Shown here: positions 9,864 to 19,471 of the stretch, piece after piece
Layout: each line of letters starts with the position of its first letter
Numbering within the stretch: the stretch's first letter is position 1
IMG/VR virus record: IMGVR_UViG_3300022602_004810
Coordinates: 1 to 64,000 of that record
Reading direction: 5' to 3' (one strand)
Source of the DNA: a virus
DNA length: 64,000 nucleotides
Program-made: the position numbers and the translations under genes
Notes under the pieces: model-generated
The model's database searches: none
What the model saw: only the letters and a program-made list of their open reading frames with translations
What the model was told of the DNA's origin: nothing

Positions 9864-10168
9864 ACATTAGGTTCAATTTTAATATTCAACGGAAAACCGT
9901 TATTACGAGCTAACTGTGTAACTTCAACACCTTTTTGCTCAGCCATCTCATAAGGCAACACAGCCGCGGTGCCTGCACCTTGTTCATGGATTACCTGTGT
10001 TAGCAACATAGCATCTTCTGGCTTGTAGTCAAAAATAGTAACCAGACTTTCAATTACAAATTCCATAGTAGTAACATTATCATTGATATAGATAACACGA
10101 TACATTGGAGGTTCTTGTAACTCTAAATTAGGAACAGGTTTTGTTCTTGTAATAGCTTTAGTACTCAT
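9860..10168 (-). CDS. clpS: ATP-dependent Clp protease adaptor ClpS
   Basis: PPMYRVIYINDNVTTMEFV, IHEQG, YEMAEQK, FPL; start moved to ATG 10168, which has an SD and lies downstream of the terminator. Confidence 0.9.
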   Translation of the reverse strand: MSTKAITRTKPVPNLELQEPPMYRVIYINDNVTTMEFVIESLVTIFDYKPEDAMLLTQVIHEQGAGTAAVLPYEMAEQKGVEVTQLARNNGFPLNIKIEPNV

Positions 10169-10190
10169 CGAAATCCTTTGCTTTGTTGCG

Positions 10191-10220
10191 GAATAAAAGG
10201 GTGGTATTTCTACCACCCTT
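10191..10220 (-). terminator. Intrinsic terminator after hsp20
   Basis: AAGGGTGGTA-GAAA-TACCACCCTT followed by TTATT. Confidence 0.8.
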
Positions 10221-10226
10221 GCTTAT

Positions 10227-10255
10227 ATTATACTACTTTTCAAATGTAATTGCAA
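10227..10255 (-). promoter_or_regulatory. Sigma70-like promoter
   Basis: TTGCAA-17-TATAAT. Confidence 0.45.
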
Positions 10256-10676
10256 TCGTTTTCTTAGTAGATTCTGGAATGAAAATCTCCACATTTACCT
10301 TTAAGATACCATTGCGAACATTAGCACTCTTAACTTCTGCGTCGTCCGGTAATGCAAATGTACGAGTAAAGTTACGTGCTGCAATACCTTGATGTAGATA
10401 GTTGCCTACATTCTCGATAGTATTGCTGTTAGTTTCACCTTTGATGACTAACTCTCCGTCGATTAATTCAACAGTTAGTTCGTCTTCTTCAAAACCTGCT
10501 ACAGCTACTTCGATAGCATATTCAGTTTCGGCGATGCGAACAATGTTGTACGGTGGATAGTTAGTGTTGTTTAGTTTTTCCTGTGTTCGAGCAAGTTCTT
10601 CAAACATACGATCAAACCCAATAGCAAAACGTGGTAATGTTTCTAAGTCAAATCTAGTTAAATGATATTGTTTCAT
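10233..10676 (-). CDS. Small heat-shock protein (Hsp20/IbpA-like)
   Basis: IGFDRMF, NYPPYNI, IEVAVAGF, YLHQGIAARNF, NGILKV; start at ATG 10676 with AAGGAG SD. Confidence 0.93.
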   Translation of the reverse strand: MKQYHLTRFDLETLPRFAIGFDRMFEELARTQEKLNNTNYPPYNIVRIAETEYAIEVAVAGFEEDELTVELIDGELVIKGETNSNTIENVGNYLHQGIAARNFTRTFALPDDAEVKSANVRNGILKVNVEIFIPESTKKTIAITFEK

Positions 10677-10677
10677 A

Positions 10678-12573
10678 TTATTCTCCTTTCTTAACTTCTG
10701 TAAATTCTGCATCAACTACCCCGTCATCTGATTGTGTTGACTCGGTAGTACCTGGTTGCACTTCTGGTTGTGGTGTAGGTTGACTAACAGCGGCCAATGC
10801 TTGTATTAGTTTACCAACTGTTTCTTGAATAGTCTGTACATCTTCTGCTTTAACAGCATCTTCTACAGCTTTAACAGCTGATTCAACTGATGTTTTTTGC
10901 TCGTCAGTTAAATTTTCATTTTCCTTAAGAGCTTTGTTAGCATCGTGAATTTGAGCATCTGCTACGTTTTTGGCTTGTACTAACTCAACAGCTTTTTTAT
11001 CAGCTTCTGCGTTGGCTTCTGCATCTTGTACCATTTTCTCAATTTCAGCTTCACTTAGACCACTGTTGGCTTTGATAGTGATCTTGTTTTCTTTGCCAGT
11101 GTTCTTATCTTTAGCTGATACTTTTAAGATACCATTAGCATCAATGTCAAGCGTGATTTCAATCTGTGGTTGGCCGCGACGTTGTGGTTCAATTCCTTCC
11201 AAATTAAACTGTCCGAGTACTTTGTTATCTCGAACAAATTCACGTTCACCTTGGGCAATTACCACAGTCACAGCTGGTTGGTTATCATCTGCTGTTGAGA
11301 ACACTTGACTAGCCTTAGTAGGAATAGTAGTATTCTTTTTAATCAACTTGGTCATAACACCACCAAGTGTTTCGATACCCAGTGATAATGGAGTAACATC
11401 TAGTAACAACACGTCTTGTTTATCACCAGCTAACACAGCACCTTGAATAGCCGCGCCTACTGCTACAGCTTCGTCTGGATTAACGTCTTTACGTGGTGCT
11501 TTGCCAAATAGTTGCTCAACAGCGGCTTGCACTTTGGGCATACGTGTTTGACCACCAACTAGAATAACTTCATCAATGTCTGCAGCTGTAACACCAGCGT
11601 CTTTTAATGCTACTTTACATGGCTCAATTGAACGAGTAATTAGTTCTTCAACCAATGATTCAAACTTACTACGTGTAATAGTCACATTTAAGTGTTTAGG
11701 ACCTGTAGCGTCCGCTGTAACATATGGTAAGTTTACAGTAGTTTGTGCTGAACTAGATAGTTCAATCTTAGCCTTTTCAGCCGCATCTTTCAAACGTTGT
11801 AGAGCTAAGACGTCTTTGCTTAGGTCAACACCACTTTCTTTCATGAACTCATCAATTACATAGTCCATTAAGCGTTGGTCAAAGTCTTCACCGCCAAGGA
11901 ATGTGTCACCATTGGTTGAAAGTACTTCGAATTGTTTGTCACCGTCAACGTTGGCAATTTCAATGATTGATACGTCAAATGTACCACCACCTAGATCATA
12001 TACAGCGATCTTACGATCCTTCTTATCACCCTTGTCTTCACCATATGCTAGTGCGGCCGCTGTTGGCTCATTGATGATACGTAGAACTTCTAGACCAGCA
12101 ATAGTACCCGCATCTTTAGTTGCTTGACGTTGTGCGTCATTGAAGTAAGCTGGTACAGTAATAACAGCCTGTGTTACTTCGTGACCTAGGTAATCTTCTG
12201 CTGTTTTCTTCATTTTTTTAAGAACTTCAGCTGAAATCTGTGGTGGTGCTAGTTTTTGTTCGTCAATTTGTACCCACGCATCACCGTTTGTGTTTTCCAC
12301 AATTTGATATGGCATTAGGTCAATATCTTTTTGTACAGCAGGTTCTTTAAATTTACGACCAATCAAGCGTTTTGCCGCATAGATTGTTTTCTTTGGATTT
12401 GTAACTGCTTGGCGTTTAGCACTTGCGCCAACTAAGACTTCGTCGCCATAGGCAACAATACTAGGTGTAGTACGAGCACCTTCGTTGTTTTCAATTACTT
12501 TTGGTTTGTTATTTTCAAGAATGGCAACACATGAGTTTGTGGTACCTAAGTCAATACCTATGATCTTAGACAT
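10678..12573 (-). CDS. dnaK: Chaperone DnaK (Hsp70)
   Basis: [35 protein letters not shown]-terminal DAEFTEV; betaproteobacteria-like signatures. Confidence 0.98.
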   Translation of the reverse strand: MSKIIGIDLGTTNSCVAILENNKPKVIENNEGARTTPSIVAYGDEVLVGASAKRQAVTNPKKTIYAAKRLIGRKFKEPAVQKDIDLMPYQIVENTNGDAWVQIDEQKLAPPQISAEVLKKMKKTAEDYLGHEVTQAVITVPAYFNDAQRQATKDAGTIAGLEVLRIINEPTAAALAYGEDKGDKKDRKIAVYDLGGGTFDVSIIEIANVDGDKQFEVLSTNGDTFLGGEDFDQRLMDYVIDEFMKESGVDLSKDVLALQRLKDAAEKAKIELSSSAQTTVNLPYVTADATGPKHLNVTITRSKFESLVEELITRSIEPCKVALKDAGVTAADIDEVILVGGQTRMPKVQAAVEQLFGKAPRKDVNPDEAVAVGAAIQGAVLAGDKQDVLLLDVTPLSLGIETLGGVMTKLIKKNTTIPTKASQVFSTADDNQPAVTVVIAQGEREFVRDNKVLGQFNLEGIEPQRRGQPQIEITLDIDANGILKVSAKDKNTGKENKITIKANSGLSEAEIEKMVQDAEANAEADKKAVELVQAKNVADAQIHDANKALKENENLTDEQKTSVESAVKAVEDAVKAEDVQTIQETVGKLIQALAAVSQPTPQPEVQPGTTESTQSDDGVVDAEFTEVKKGE

Positions 12574-12579
12574 ATAGTT

Positions 12580-12598
12580 TCTCCTTTATTAAGCAAGA
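12580..12598 (-). promoter_or_regulatory. ROSE-like RNA thermometer hairpin over the dnaK SD
   Basis: UCUUGCU-UAAUAA-AGGAGA: the U(U/C)GCU motif pairs with the SD, leaving a bulged G. Confidence 0.6.
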
Positions 12599-12614
12599 TC
12601 TAAAACGTAGAGCC

Positions 12615-12680
12615 CTAATTAGGCACTCTACCATACGTTGGGAAGCCAAAGCCTCCCACTTCTGTATCAGAATTATTCAT
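12615..12680 (-). CDS. Putative 21-aa upstream ORF (MNNSDTEVGGFGFPTYGRVPN)
   Basis: ATG at 12680 with AAGGAGG SD 8 nt upstream; TAG at 12615; not in the ORF track. Confidence 0.45.
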   Translation of the reverse strand: MNNSDTEVGGFGFPTYGRVPN

Positions 12681-12762
12681 TCTGCGTTCCTCCTTTAGCA
12701 AGTTTAGCCGCCTGCAATTAAGTATAAATCAGCGGTATAAGTATTTATTTCTGCTACAAACT

Positions 12763-12791
12763 ATTATATACTAATATAATTTGTCAGGCAA
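12763..12791 (-). promoter_or_regulatory. Sigma70-like promoter for the dnaK leader
   Basis: TTGCCT-17-TATAAT; a TAAATA also occurs at 12742-12747. Confidence 0.45.
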
Positions 12792-13004
12792 TTGTTGGCT
12801 TTGAAGTTTCTTCTTCCAACGATTTTTAGCTGCTGCAGCTTTACGTTTTTTCTTCGTAGTAGGTTTTTCGTACTCGCTACGATCACGTAGTTCTTGAAGT
12901 AGACCGCTGTCCTGAATCTTCTTCTTAAATTTTCGAATAGCCTGTTCTGCGTTGTCATTACGAACGTAAACTGTGCCACCTTTCAATGAATTTTCAAATG
13001 CCAT
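12771..13004 (-). CDS. rpsU: Ribosomal protein bS21
   Basis: VYVRNDNAEQAIRKFKKK...GLLQELRDRSEYEKPTTKKKRKAAAA. Confidence 0.92.
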   Translation of the reverse strand: MAFENSLKGGTVYVRNDNAEQAIRKFKKKIQDSGLLQELRDRSEYEKPTTKKKRKAAAAKNRWKKKLQSQQLPDKLY

Positions 13005-13054
13005 TAATATCTTTCCTTAGTTATAATAGTATATTATTTACCATAATAGTCTAA

Positions 13055-13083
13055 ATTATATATGCTTTTTATTCGGAAGTCAA
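13055..13083 (-). promoter_or_regulatory. Sigma70-like promoter for rpsU
   Basis: TTGACT-17-TATAAT; additional TAAATA at 13035-13040. Confidence 0.7.
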
Positions 13084-13401
13084 TGGCTCATTGTCTATTT
13101 TGGTAAAATATTCTCTAAGATCATTTACTGTACTATAGCGATCGCTGAATGTAATTTGTACTTGACTAGCGTCTTTAATAAAAGTTTTATCTAGGTTTGA
13201 ACTCAAATGGTTTAACCATTCTAGATCTCCGGTGTCGCCTTTGTAAAGATATATGTCATAGTTCTGTTTGCTTAAACTACAAAAGGTTGCTAGATTAGCA
13301 ACATCATCTAGGTCAGCGTCAACTAATAATACTGTGTGGTTTAGGGATTTAGGTAGAATATCCGGATATGTGATAAATCTACTGTCTACTTGAATTGTCA
13401 T
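13069..13401 (-). CDS. Hypothetical protein
   Basis: ORF packed in operon. Confidence 0.6.
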   Translation of the reverse strand: MTIQVDSRFITYPDILPKSLNHTVLLVDADLDDVANLATFCSLSKQNYDIYLYKGDTGDLEWLNHLSSNLDKTFIKDASQVQITFSDRYSTVNDLREYFTKIDNEPLTSE

Positions 13402-14857
13402 TTAAATACCTTTGAATTTGATCTTTCTCTACATCAGAAAGTAATTCAACATCATACTCTCCGCTGTCTAGTTTGTCAATTAAATGTTTGATATACTCAT
13501 GATCATAGGCATACTGATCTGTTTGCTCTTTGCTGATTTCAATCCATTTTTGTGTGTTCCATTTGTATAGTTTACTTGGTAGGTAATCTACACGTAGAAA
13601 CATATCACCTTTATTTGGATTATCGGGGAACTCTGTGCCAAAACCAGCATTAGGTGCTGGTTCATCGGCACTTATGCTTAGGTCGGGAATAACGACTTGC
13701 TCTACTTTACGTACTGTATTAATTGGCTCTGGATCTGCATGTGGGTGTTCTTTTACTACGTTAATAGTTCTGCCAGAATCAACCAAGGTATAAGTTTCTG
13801 GTTCAACTACCGCAGGTTCTTCTTTGGCTACTAGCCCCACTGTACTTTCACTTTTTGGCCATGTCCATTGTTTGTTTAAGTAACCGTGATTAGCATCCAG
13901 TTCTTTAGCTATTTCCTTACCATGATCAAAAAACTCTCGTTCTGTGTCAAACAAGGTTGAAGACATTGATGTCATTTCTACATTACCTGCGGCGGCTTTA
14001 ATTGCTTCAATCTGTTCTTCTGTAACTTCATCATCCCATTCAGGCCATGCTTCTGTGTCTGGTACCCATTCTTGATGCCAGCCTTTACGCTCATCTTTGT
14101 CTTTACGTGCCCAAGCAATAGTCTGCTCTGCCGCCAAGATTAAAACAAGAGCTAAAGGATCAAATACAAACACTAACAAGATAATAACCCAACGTACAGC
14201 ACGCTCTAGTAAATCAGCATTAGGATTATCACCGTAGATAAGTGCGGCTATGTACTTAATTGGTCCTATGTGGCTTTCAGCAACACGACTTTTGGCCGCA
14301 ATAGGCGCACGTTCTGCTTGTAGTGTGCTAATATTTTTCTGTGCTATACTAATATCTGCTTGTAATGATTTGCGTTCCTTAGCTTGTTGCTTGCGTACTT
14401 GAACAGCACGATTAGCACCCTTGTCATCGTCTGTGCGTCCTAGTAGTTGATCTACTTGGGCATCCATTTGTTTGAGGGCTTGTTTGCTAGTAGCAATATT
14501 ATCTTGTTCCGTTTTAATCTTTTCATCTAATAGAGAAACTTGTGATGAAATATCTTCATTTGCTGTTGATTGCGATAAGTGTGCCGCTGAGAGGTATCCA
14601 AAGATTCCAGTAGAGGTTATTATCATCAGCACTATAATAGCAGGTATAAGATATAACTTAAACTGTAAGGCTGCACGATTCCAATATTTGTGTAACCAGA
14701 CAGTAGCAACAATCTTTGAAATCTCAAGAGTGCAGCCCATAATAATAATAGGTATAACCACTCCAGGAAATATCGCTGTTAGTCCTGTAATTGAATAATA
14801 TGCAGCAACTGCTGATAGCATCAACGCAGTTAACAATGTCATTATACCAAATATCAT
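13379..14857 (-). CDS. Membrane-anchored coiled-coil phage protein
   Basis: Three N-terminal TM segments, long coiled coil, GPIKYIA/FDPLA motifs, acidic linker. Confidence 0.65.
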   Translation of the reverse strand: MIFGIMTLLTALMLSAVAAYYSITGLTAIFPGVVIPIIIMGCTLEISKIVATVWLHKYWNRAALQFKLYLIPAIIVLMIITSTGIFGYLSAAHLSQSTANEDISSQVSLLDEKIKTEQDNIATSKQALKQMDAQVDQLLGRTDDDKGANRAVQVRKQQAKERKSLQADISIAQKNISTLQAERAPIAAKSRVAESHIGPIKYIAALIYGDNPNADLLERAVRWVIILLVFVFDPLALVLILAAEQTIAWARKDKDERKGWHQEWVPDTEAWPEWDDEVTEEQIEAIKAAAGNVEMTSMSSTLFDTEREFFDHGKEIAKELDANHGYLNKQWTWPKSESTVGLVAKEEPAVVEPETYTLVDSGRTINVVKEHPHADPEPINTVRKVEQVVIPDLSISADEPAPNAGFGTEFPDNPNKGDMFLRVDYLPSKLYKWNTQKWIEISKEQTDQYAYDHEYIKHLIDKLDSGEYDVELLSDVEKDQIQRYLNDNSSRQ

Positions 14858-14941
14858 AAAATACGGTTTCCAAGATAAATATTAATGTAGTTCGCGATAT
14901 GGGGATATCCAACTACTCTATAACTGATAGGAGTCACAGCA

Positions 14942-15151
14942 ATGATATTTATCACCAATAAATATACAAAATACTATTATAGTATTATTTCAAACGCAAA
15001 GTCAAGAATTTTACCACCAGAAACATATACAGAACGTCACCACATTATACCAAAAAGTTTAGGTGGTAGCAATTCTAAAGATAATTTAGTAAGCCTAACG
15101 GCACGAGAGCAATTGTATAGTAGTGTTACTGATGTTAACAGAAACGGTTAG
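14942..15151 (+). pseudogene. Truncated HNH homing endonuclease
   Basis: NKYTKYY...ERHHIIPKSLGGSNSKDNLVSLTARE, then loses the expected H..H residues and stops; SD present. Confidence 0.7.
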
Positions 15152-18100
15152 ATGGTATTGTTACCAATTGCAGTTACAAATAGATTACCTGTTGTGCCAT
15201 CAATGTTAAAATATTTAACATACATGGTCTGGTGTGAAGTAAGAAAAAACGAATAGCCATTGGTAGACTGCGAACTAGCCACACTGTGGTTGAACTGTGT
15301 GCTGCCTCCAGCTGGACTCATTACTAGCACTTCCACTGTTTTGCCTACTGTAGTTGATAAGTTGACCAAGTTGGCAGTGATAGTTGTGCCAGGGCCTGTT
15401 GTGTGTACACGTATCAAATCGTCTGTATCAAAGTTAATTAGAACCACATTGGCCACTATAGTGGGCTTAGTTGCATTGTGTGTGATGCCTTTTGCTGGAG
15501 CAAAGGTTCCCCCAACAGCAACATTGCCTGCTGTGACATTTCCTGCAATGATGTTAGTAACAGACAGGTTGCCAATGGTAACATTGCCTGCCAAATATGC
15601 CGCAACATTAATGTTGCCGTAGGCATTTAGTATCTGACTGGCGTCAATTTGTCCATAAGTAACCTGCCCTGTAGCACTGTTGTAACTTAAGGCTTGTATA
15701 CCTGAATAACTAGAGTGATATCCGATGCCATTGATATAGATGCCACTGTTATACCAAATGCCTTGGCTGCCACCTGTAAATGTTAATTTGCCAATACCGC
15801 CATCATTTTGTAATTGTAGCAAGATATTGTCGTTGCCATCATGTAGTACATAGTTATTATAACTGTCAATTGTAGTATTGCTAAAAGTTACCTTGACGTT
15901 AGTATCATTTACACCCCCAACAATGAATTTGATATCTTTTCCGGCCGTTGCAGTACCTAATATCAAATCACCGCCATCTACTGAGGCATCGGCGTCTAAG
16001 TCGCCCTGAACATATAAGTAACCATCGTTAGCATTTAGACTTGTACCTAGACTGTTGTTAGGATTGCCGTTGTCGTAGTTACTGCCAGCAATACCCATGT
16101 CAATGTAATAAGTAGTGTCAGTGCCGTTATCCGCTGTAGCAATGAAGTCTGTAGTAGCCGCCGTGCCAGTGTTGAGATTTTGTTCTACTATCTGTGCGTA
16201 GCTGTTGATGTTTTCAAATACCTGTATACCAGCATTAGGGAATAGATTGCCTACAGTCTTGGCTGCGCCGCCCGCAAGTATAGTGCCAGTAGCATAGATA
16301 TTGCCTACAAAGTCAGCATCATGAGCTGATAGATATTCAGTGTTCAATCCACTACCATCCGTGTCCCACCAGTTGTTAGTCAAGTCATATAAGAAACTCT
16401 TATAGTAGCTTTGTTGTACATTACCAAGTATAATGCCACCACCATCAATTTGGCTACTTGATGTTGAGTCGTTGGCTAGATATAAGATCTTACCGTTGAC
16501 AGTAGCGTTGATAGCTGTGGTAAATGTACCGTTAACTGTTAAGTTACTGACAGTTAGGTTATTAAATATTGGGTTACTGTTGGCAGAGATTTCTTGTGAT
16601 AACTGTAAACGAAGATTGTTACTGCCTGTGTCTGTAACAGCAAGGCTGTAACTATCGCTGACTAATGTATGTACATCTGTGGTGTCTAGGCTAACATTGC
16701 CTTGGTAAACTCCTGGGTTAAGGAATCCACTACCGGTGGTAATTTGTCTAACCCAATTAGCAGGCACAAAGGCTGTGTTTTGGAATGTGTTGTCGGCAAA
16801 CTTGACACCAGTTGACACTGTGTCGCCATATAAGTTCAAGCCATTGCTGTAGAATGCCGCTGTGGTCTGGATAATATTGCTACCTACAGGTGTAGTCTGT
16901 ATGGTCAAGCGTGTACCAGTTGAGGTGTTACTGGTAAATGTTTCTGCGGCTTCTAGGTTTAAGCGAATGATACTGCCAGCAAAAGCACCATTGCCAGTCC
17001 AACCCTGTCCTGTAAAGCGTAGGATAGTATCGCCTGCTAGAGTAGTACTTGGGCTATCCACCGTGCCACGAGCGGCGCGAGCGGCTACTGCTACATAGGC
17101 ATTTTGTCCTGCGCTAACACCAAATGCGTCAAAGCTGATACGAGTTGGATAATTGTCGTTACCAGTGACCTGTATCATGGTGTTGGCAAAGTTACGTGGC
17201 TGTATATTACCACTTGCTGTGCCAATGATGCTGAGCACTGCCTGTGTATTAGTTAGGGCTATGGGACTGTGTATGGTAGTTAGACCATAGCGAGTAACTG
17301 AGAAAGCATTGTCGCCACCTGGACTGTTGATAGTCAACGGACGATTGATAATTAAATTACCTGTGGCAGACTGTGTGCCAATGCGGAAATCTTCTGCGGG
17401 GTTAGCCAGAGCGATAGTGTTACCATATAAGGTAAACTTGCCCACTGTAAGTCCTGTACCACCACCTACGTATAGGTTACCATCACGAGCACCAATTGTT
17501 TGATCTGTGCCCAGAGTTTCATCAAGTATGTAGATAGTACCTGCGCCTACCCACACATGACGATAACGTTTGTTTGGCGCACCCAAGTCATAGGTGTCGT
17601 CTAATAGAGGAATAAAACTACCTGCTGGCACAATGTTACCACCAATGCCTGGATTAAGTGTGATATCTACATTGCCCACCGTGGTTATTGCTAGGCCAGC
17701 GTTGACTACAGCACGAGTAGTATAGGCCAAGGTATTAGCTAGTAGTGGTGGTAGACTATTTAGGGTGTTGGTAGTGATAATGACATTGGCATTGGCTGTG
17801 TCTGTGGGGTCACCTACAAACAACACAGTAGAATTATAAGGTATGCCCGTGCCTACAATACTATCACCTACTTGTATAGTTGGACTGGAGTGTACATTAC
17901 CATAGAATTGGTACACTGTCCAACCTGGAGCTACACCTGAGATACCGTTGGTTAGGCCATAGTCACCAATGTTTAAGTTATCACTAGGGCCTGTTGAATA
18001 GCGTTCAACATTGTTGATGGTATTTTCAGTGACCACAGCTACAATGTTACTAACGCCTTGAATAACTGATCCCACTGGCACTTTAATGCCTGGAACTGAG

Positions 18101-18438
18101 ACTAGGCCTGCGCCACTTGGTAGTAAGGTAATATCACGGTCACTGATCTTACCACCAATGGTTTCGTCTGTGATGTATAGGTTGCCTAGATCTAGGCTGC
18201 CTGTAGTTGCTGTATAGCTTAGGTATGCGGCTACGTTGACGTTGCTGTAGTTATTGCCACTTGCGACATTGGCATTCCCACCACCAGTGCCAATTAGTAC
18301 ACCACCTGGGGTAACTCCATCGCTGATGTAAAACCCATTGCGAATACTGTCGTACCAGATACGATTTAGCTCGCCTATGCGAACATCACCGTCACCGTAG
18401 GGTTGATAAGTTGTGAATAGTTTTTGCGTGAAAGCCAC
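15148..18438 (-). CDS. Large tail-fibre/virion structural protein
   Basis: G/N/T-rich; N-terminal WYD...ISDGVTPGG, YSNVNVAAYL motif, YDLGAPNKRYR; shares modules with 49832..55867. Confidence 0.75.
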   Translation of the reverse strand: MAFTQKLFTTYQPYGDGDVRIGELNRIWYDSIRNGFYISDGVTPGGVLIGTGGGNANVASGNNYSNVNVAAYLSYTATTGSLDLGNLYITDETIGGKISDRDITLLPSGAGLVSVPGIKVPVGSVIQGVSNIVAVVTENTINNVERYSTGPSDNLNIGDYGLTNGISGVAPGWTVYQFYGNVHSSPTIQVGDSIVGTGIPYNSTVLFVGDPTDTANANVIITTNTLNSLPPLLANTLAYTTRAVVNAGLAITTVGNVDITLNPGIGGNIVPAGSFIPLLDDTYDLGAPNKRYRHVWVGAGTIYILDETLGTDQTIGARDGNLYVGGGTGLTVGKFTLYGNTIALANPAEDFRIGTQSATGNLIINRPLTINSPGGDNAFSVTRYGLTTIHSPIALTNTQAVLSIIGTASGNIQPRNFANTMIQVTGNDNYPTRISFDAFGVSAGQNAYVAVAARAARGTVDSPSTTLAGDTILRFTGQGWTGNGAFAGSIIRLNLEAAETFTSNTSTGTRLTIQTTPVGSNIIQTTAAFYSNGLNLYGDTVSTGVKFADNTFQNTAFVPANWVRQITTGSGFLNPGVYQGNVSLDTTDVHTLVSDSYSLAVTDTGSNNLRLQLSQEISANSNPIFNNLTVSNLTVNGTFTTAINATVNGKILYLANDSTSSSQIDGGGIILGNVQQSYYKSFLYDLTNNWWDTDGSGLNTEYLSAHDADFVGNIYATGTILAGGAAKTVGNLFPNAGIQVFENINSYAQIVEQNLNTGTAATTDFIATADNGTDTTYYIDMGIAGSNYDNGNPNNSLGTSLNANDGYLYVQGDLDADASVDGGDLILGTATAGKDIKFIVGGVNDTNVKVTFSNTTIDSYNNYVLHDGNDNILLQLQNDGGIGKLTFTGGSQGIWYNSGIYINGIGYHSSYSGIQALSYNSATGQVTYGQIDASQILNAYGNINVAAYLAGNVTIGNLSVTNIIAGNVTAGNVAVGGTFAPAKGITHNATKPTIVANVVLINFDTDDLIRVHTTGPGTTITANLVNLSTTVGKTVEVLVMSPAGGSTQFNHSVASSQSTNGYSFFLTSHQTMYVKYFNIDGTTGNLFVTAIGNNTI

Positions 18439-18449
18439 GGATTTACTCC

Positions 18450-18773
18450 CTAGCCTTCAAATGGCTCGTCTTGGGTTGTTACAGCTAGACCTGCGTGTTT
18501 TTTAATTACTGCTAGTTCGTCTTGTTCGTCGTCTGCGGGTGCGTACACTGAATCCACACCGTTGGCCTTTTTGGCCATTTCAATTTTCTGTTGTAGTGGT
18601 GGAATCATTACACCCAACTCGTCATCTGCTACTGTTTCTTCTTCAGATTGACCAGCGGCAGTTTCACCGTTGTTGATATTAACCACAACTGGTTGCTGTG
18701 GTTGAGCCTGTTCTTCTTGTTCTGCAGCGTCTATTAGACTAACAAGACTGCGTAAAATATCAGCAACTTTCAT
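18450..18773 (-). CDS. Acidic hypothetical protein, possible head-associated protein
   Basis: MKVADIL N-terminus; MIPPLQQKIE motif. Confidence 0.55.
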   Translation of the reverse strand: MKVADILRSLVSLIDAAEQEEQAQPQQPVVVNINNGETAAGQSEEETVADDELGVMIPPLQQKIEMAKKANGVDSVYAPADDEQDELAVIKKHAGLAVTTQDEPFEG

Positions 18774-18774
18774 A

Positions 18775-19116
18775 CTAATTAGTTACCCTTGTAAAGTCTA
18801 CAAAACCAATTTCTGTAATATCAACTTGTGCTGTGCCACCAGAAGTTAAGAATGCCACTTGTGGGCCTACTCCTGTAGCTACTACGTTACCTGCTCCACC
18901 CCATACATAACCAACGGTTTGTGTGCCGGGGCCACAGTTAATGTCACGAATAGTGTTTGCAGGAATCATAAAACAGTTACCTGAGTTATAAGCAACTGGA
19001 TTTTGACCTACTGCATAATATACAGCTACGTTGCTGATTACTTTGATTTTTGTACTGTTTAAGTTAACTGACACATTACTTGTACCAGCTTGACATATAA
19101 TATTGTATGCTGCCAT
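18775..19116 (-). CDS. Small beta-rich protein (paralogue of 19155..19427)
   Basis: KIKVISNVAVYYAVGQNPVA...CFMIPANT; TAAATA upstream. Confidence 0.6.
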   Translation of the reverse strand: MAAYNIICQAGTSNVSVNLNSTKIKVISNVAVYYAVGQNPVAYNSGNCFMIPANTIRDINCGPGTQTVGYVWGGAGNVVATGVGPQVAFLTSGGTAQVDITEIGFVDFTRVTN

Positions 19117-19154
19117 TGTAAATTCCTTGGAATATTTAAGTTATTTATCTACTT

Positions 19155-19427
19155 TTAAGCAGAACAGCTAGCTCTGGTTTTACTAACTTCAACTATACTA
19201 ACACTACCAGGATTATTCACAGCTAATACAGCAACTTGTAAGCAATTTGTGGGTAAACGTATTTGACGCTCTGTACCAGCGGGTATAAAAGCACACTTGT
19301 TGTCAGCAACGGGGTTGTTGCCTATGCGGAAATACACAGTAACATCAGCAATGATCTTAATTTCGCCACGCTGTAGTTTAGGAGTTGCGGTACTAGTGTT
19401 AGTAGCAGATAATGAATAACTGGCCAT
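19155..19427 (-). CDS. Small beta-rich protein (paralogue of 18775..19116)
   Basis: EIKIIADVTVYFRIGNNPVA...CAFIPAGT; TAAATA 5 nt before the ATG. Confidence 0.6.
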   Translation of the reverse strand: MASYSLSATNTSTATPKLQRGEIKIIADVTVYFRIGNNPVADNKCAFIPAGTERQIRLPTNCLQVAVLAVNNPGSVSIVEVSKTRASCSA

Positions 19428-19440
19428 ACAAATATTTAGT

Positions 19441-19466
19441 GAAAAAGAAAGGGCCCTAAGGCCCTT
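19441..19466 (-). terminator. Intrinsic terminator
   Basis: AAGGGCC-TTAG-GGCCCTT followed by TCTTTTTC. Confidence 0.85.
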
Positions 19467-19471
19467 GAAAG

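Noticed and set aside
12607-12631. CIRCE element upstream of dnaK
   Set aside because: Contains GCACTC/GAGTGC on one side only and does not fit TTAGCACTC-N9-GAGTGCTAA; better explained as an RNA hairpin.
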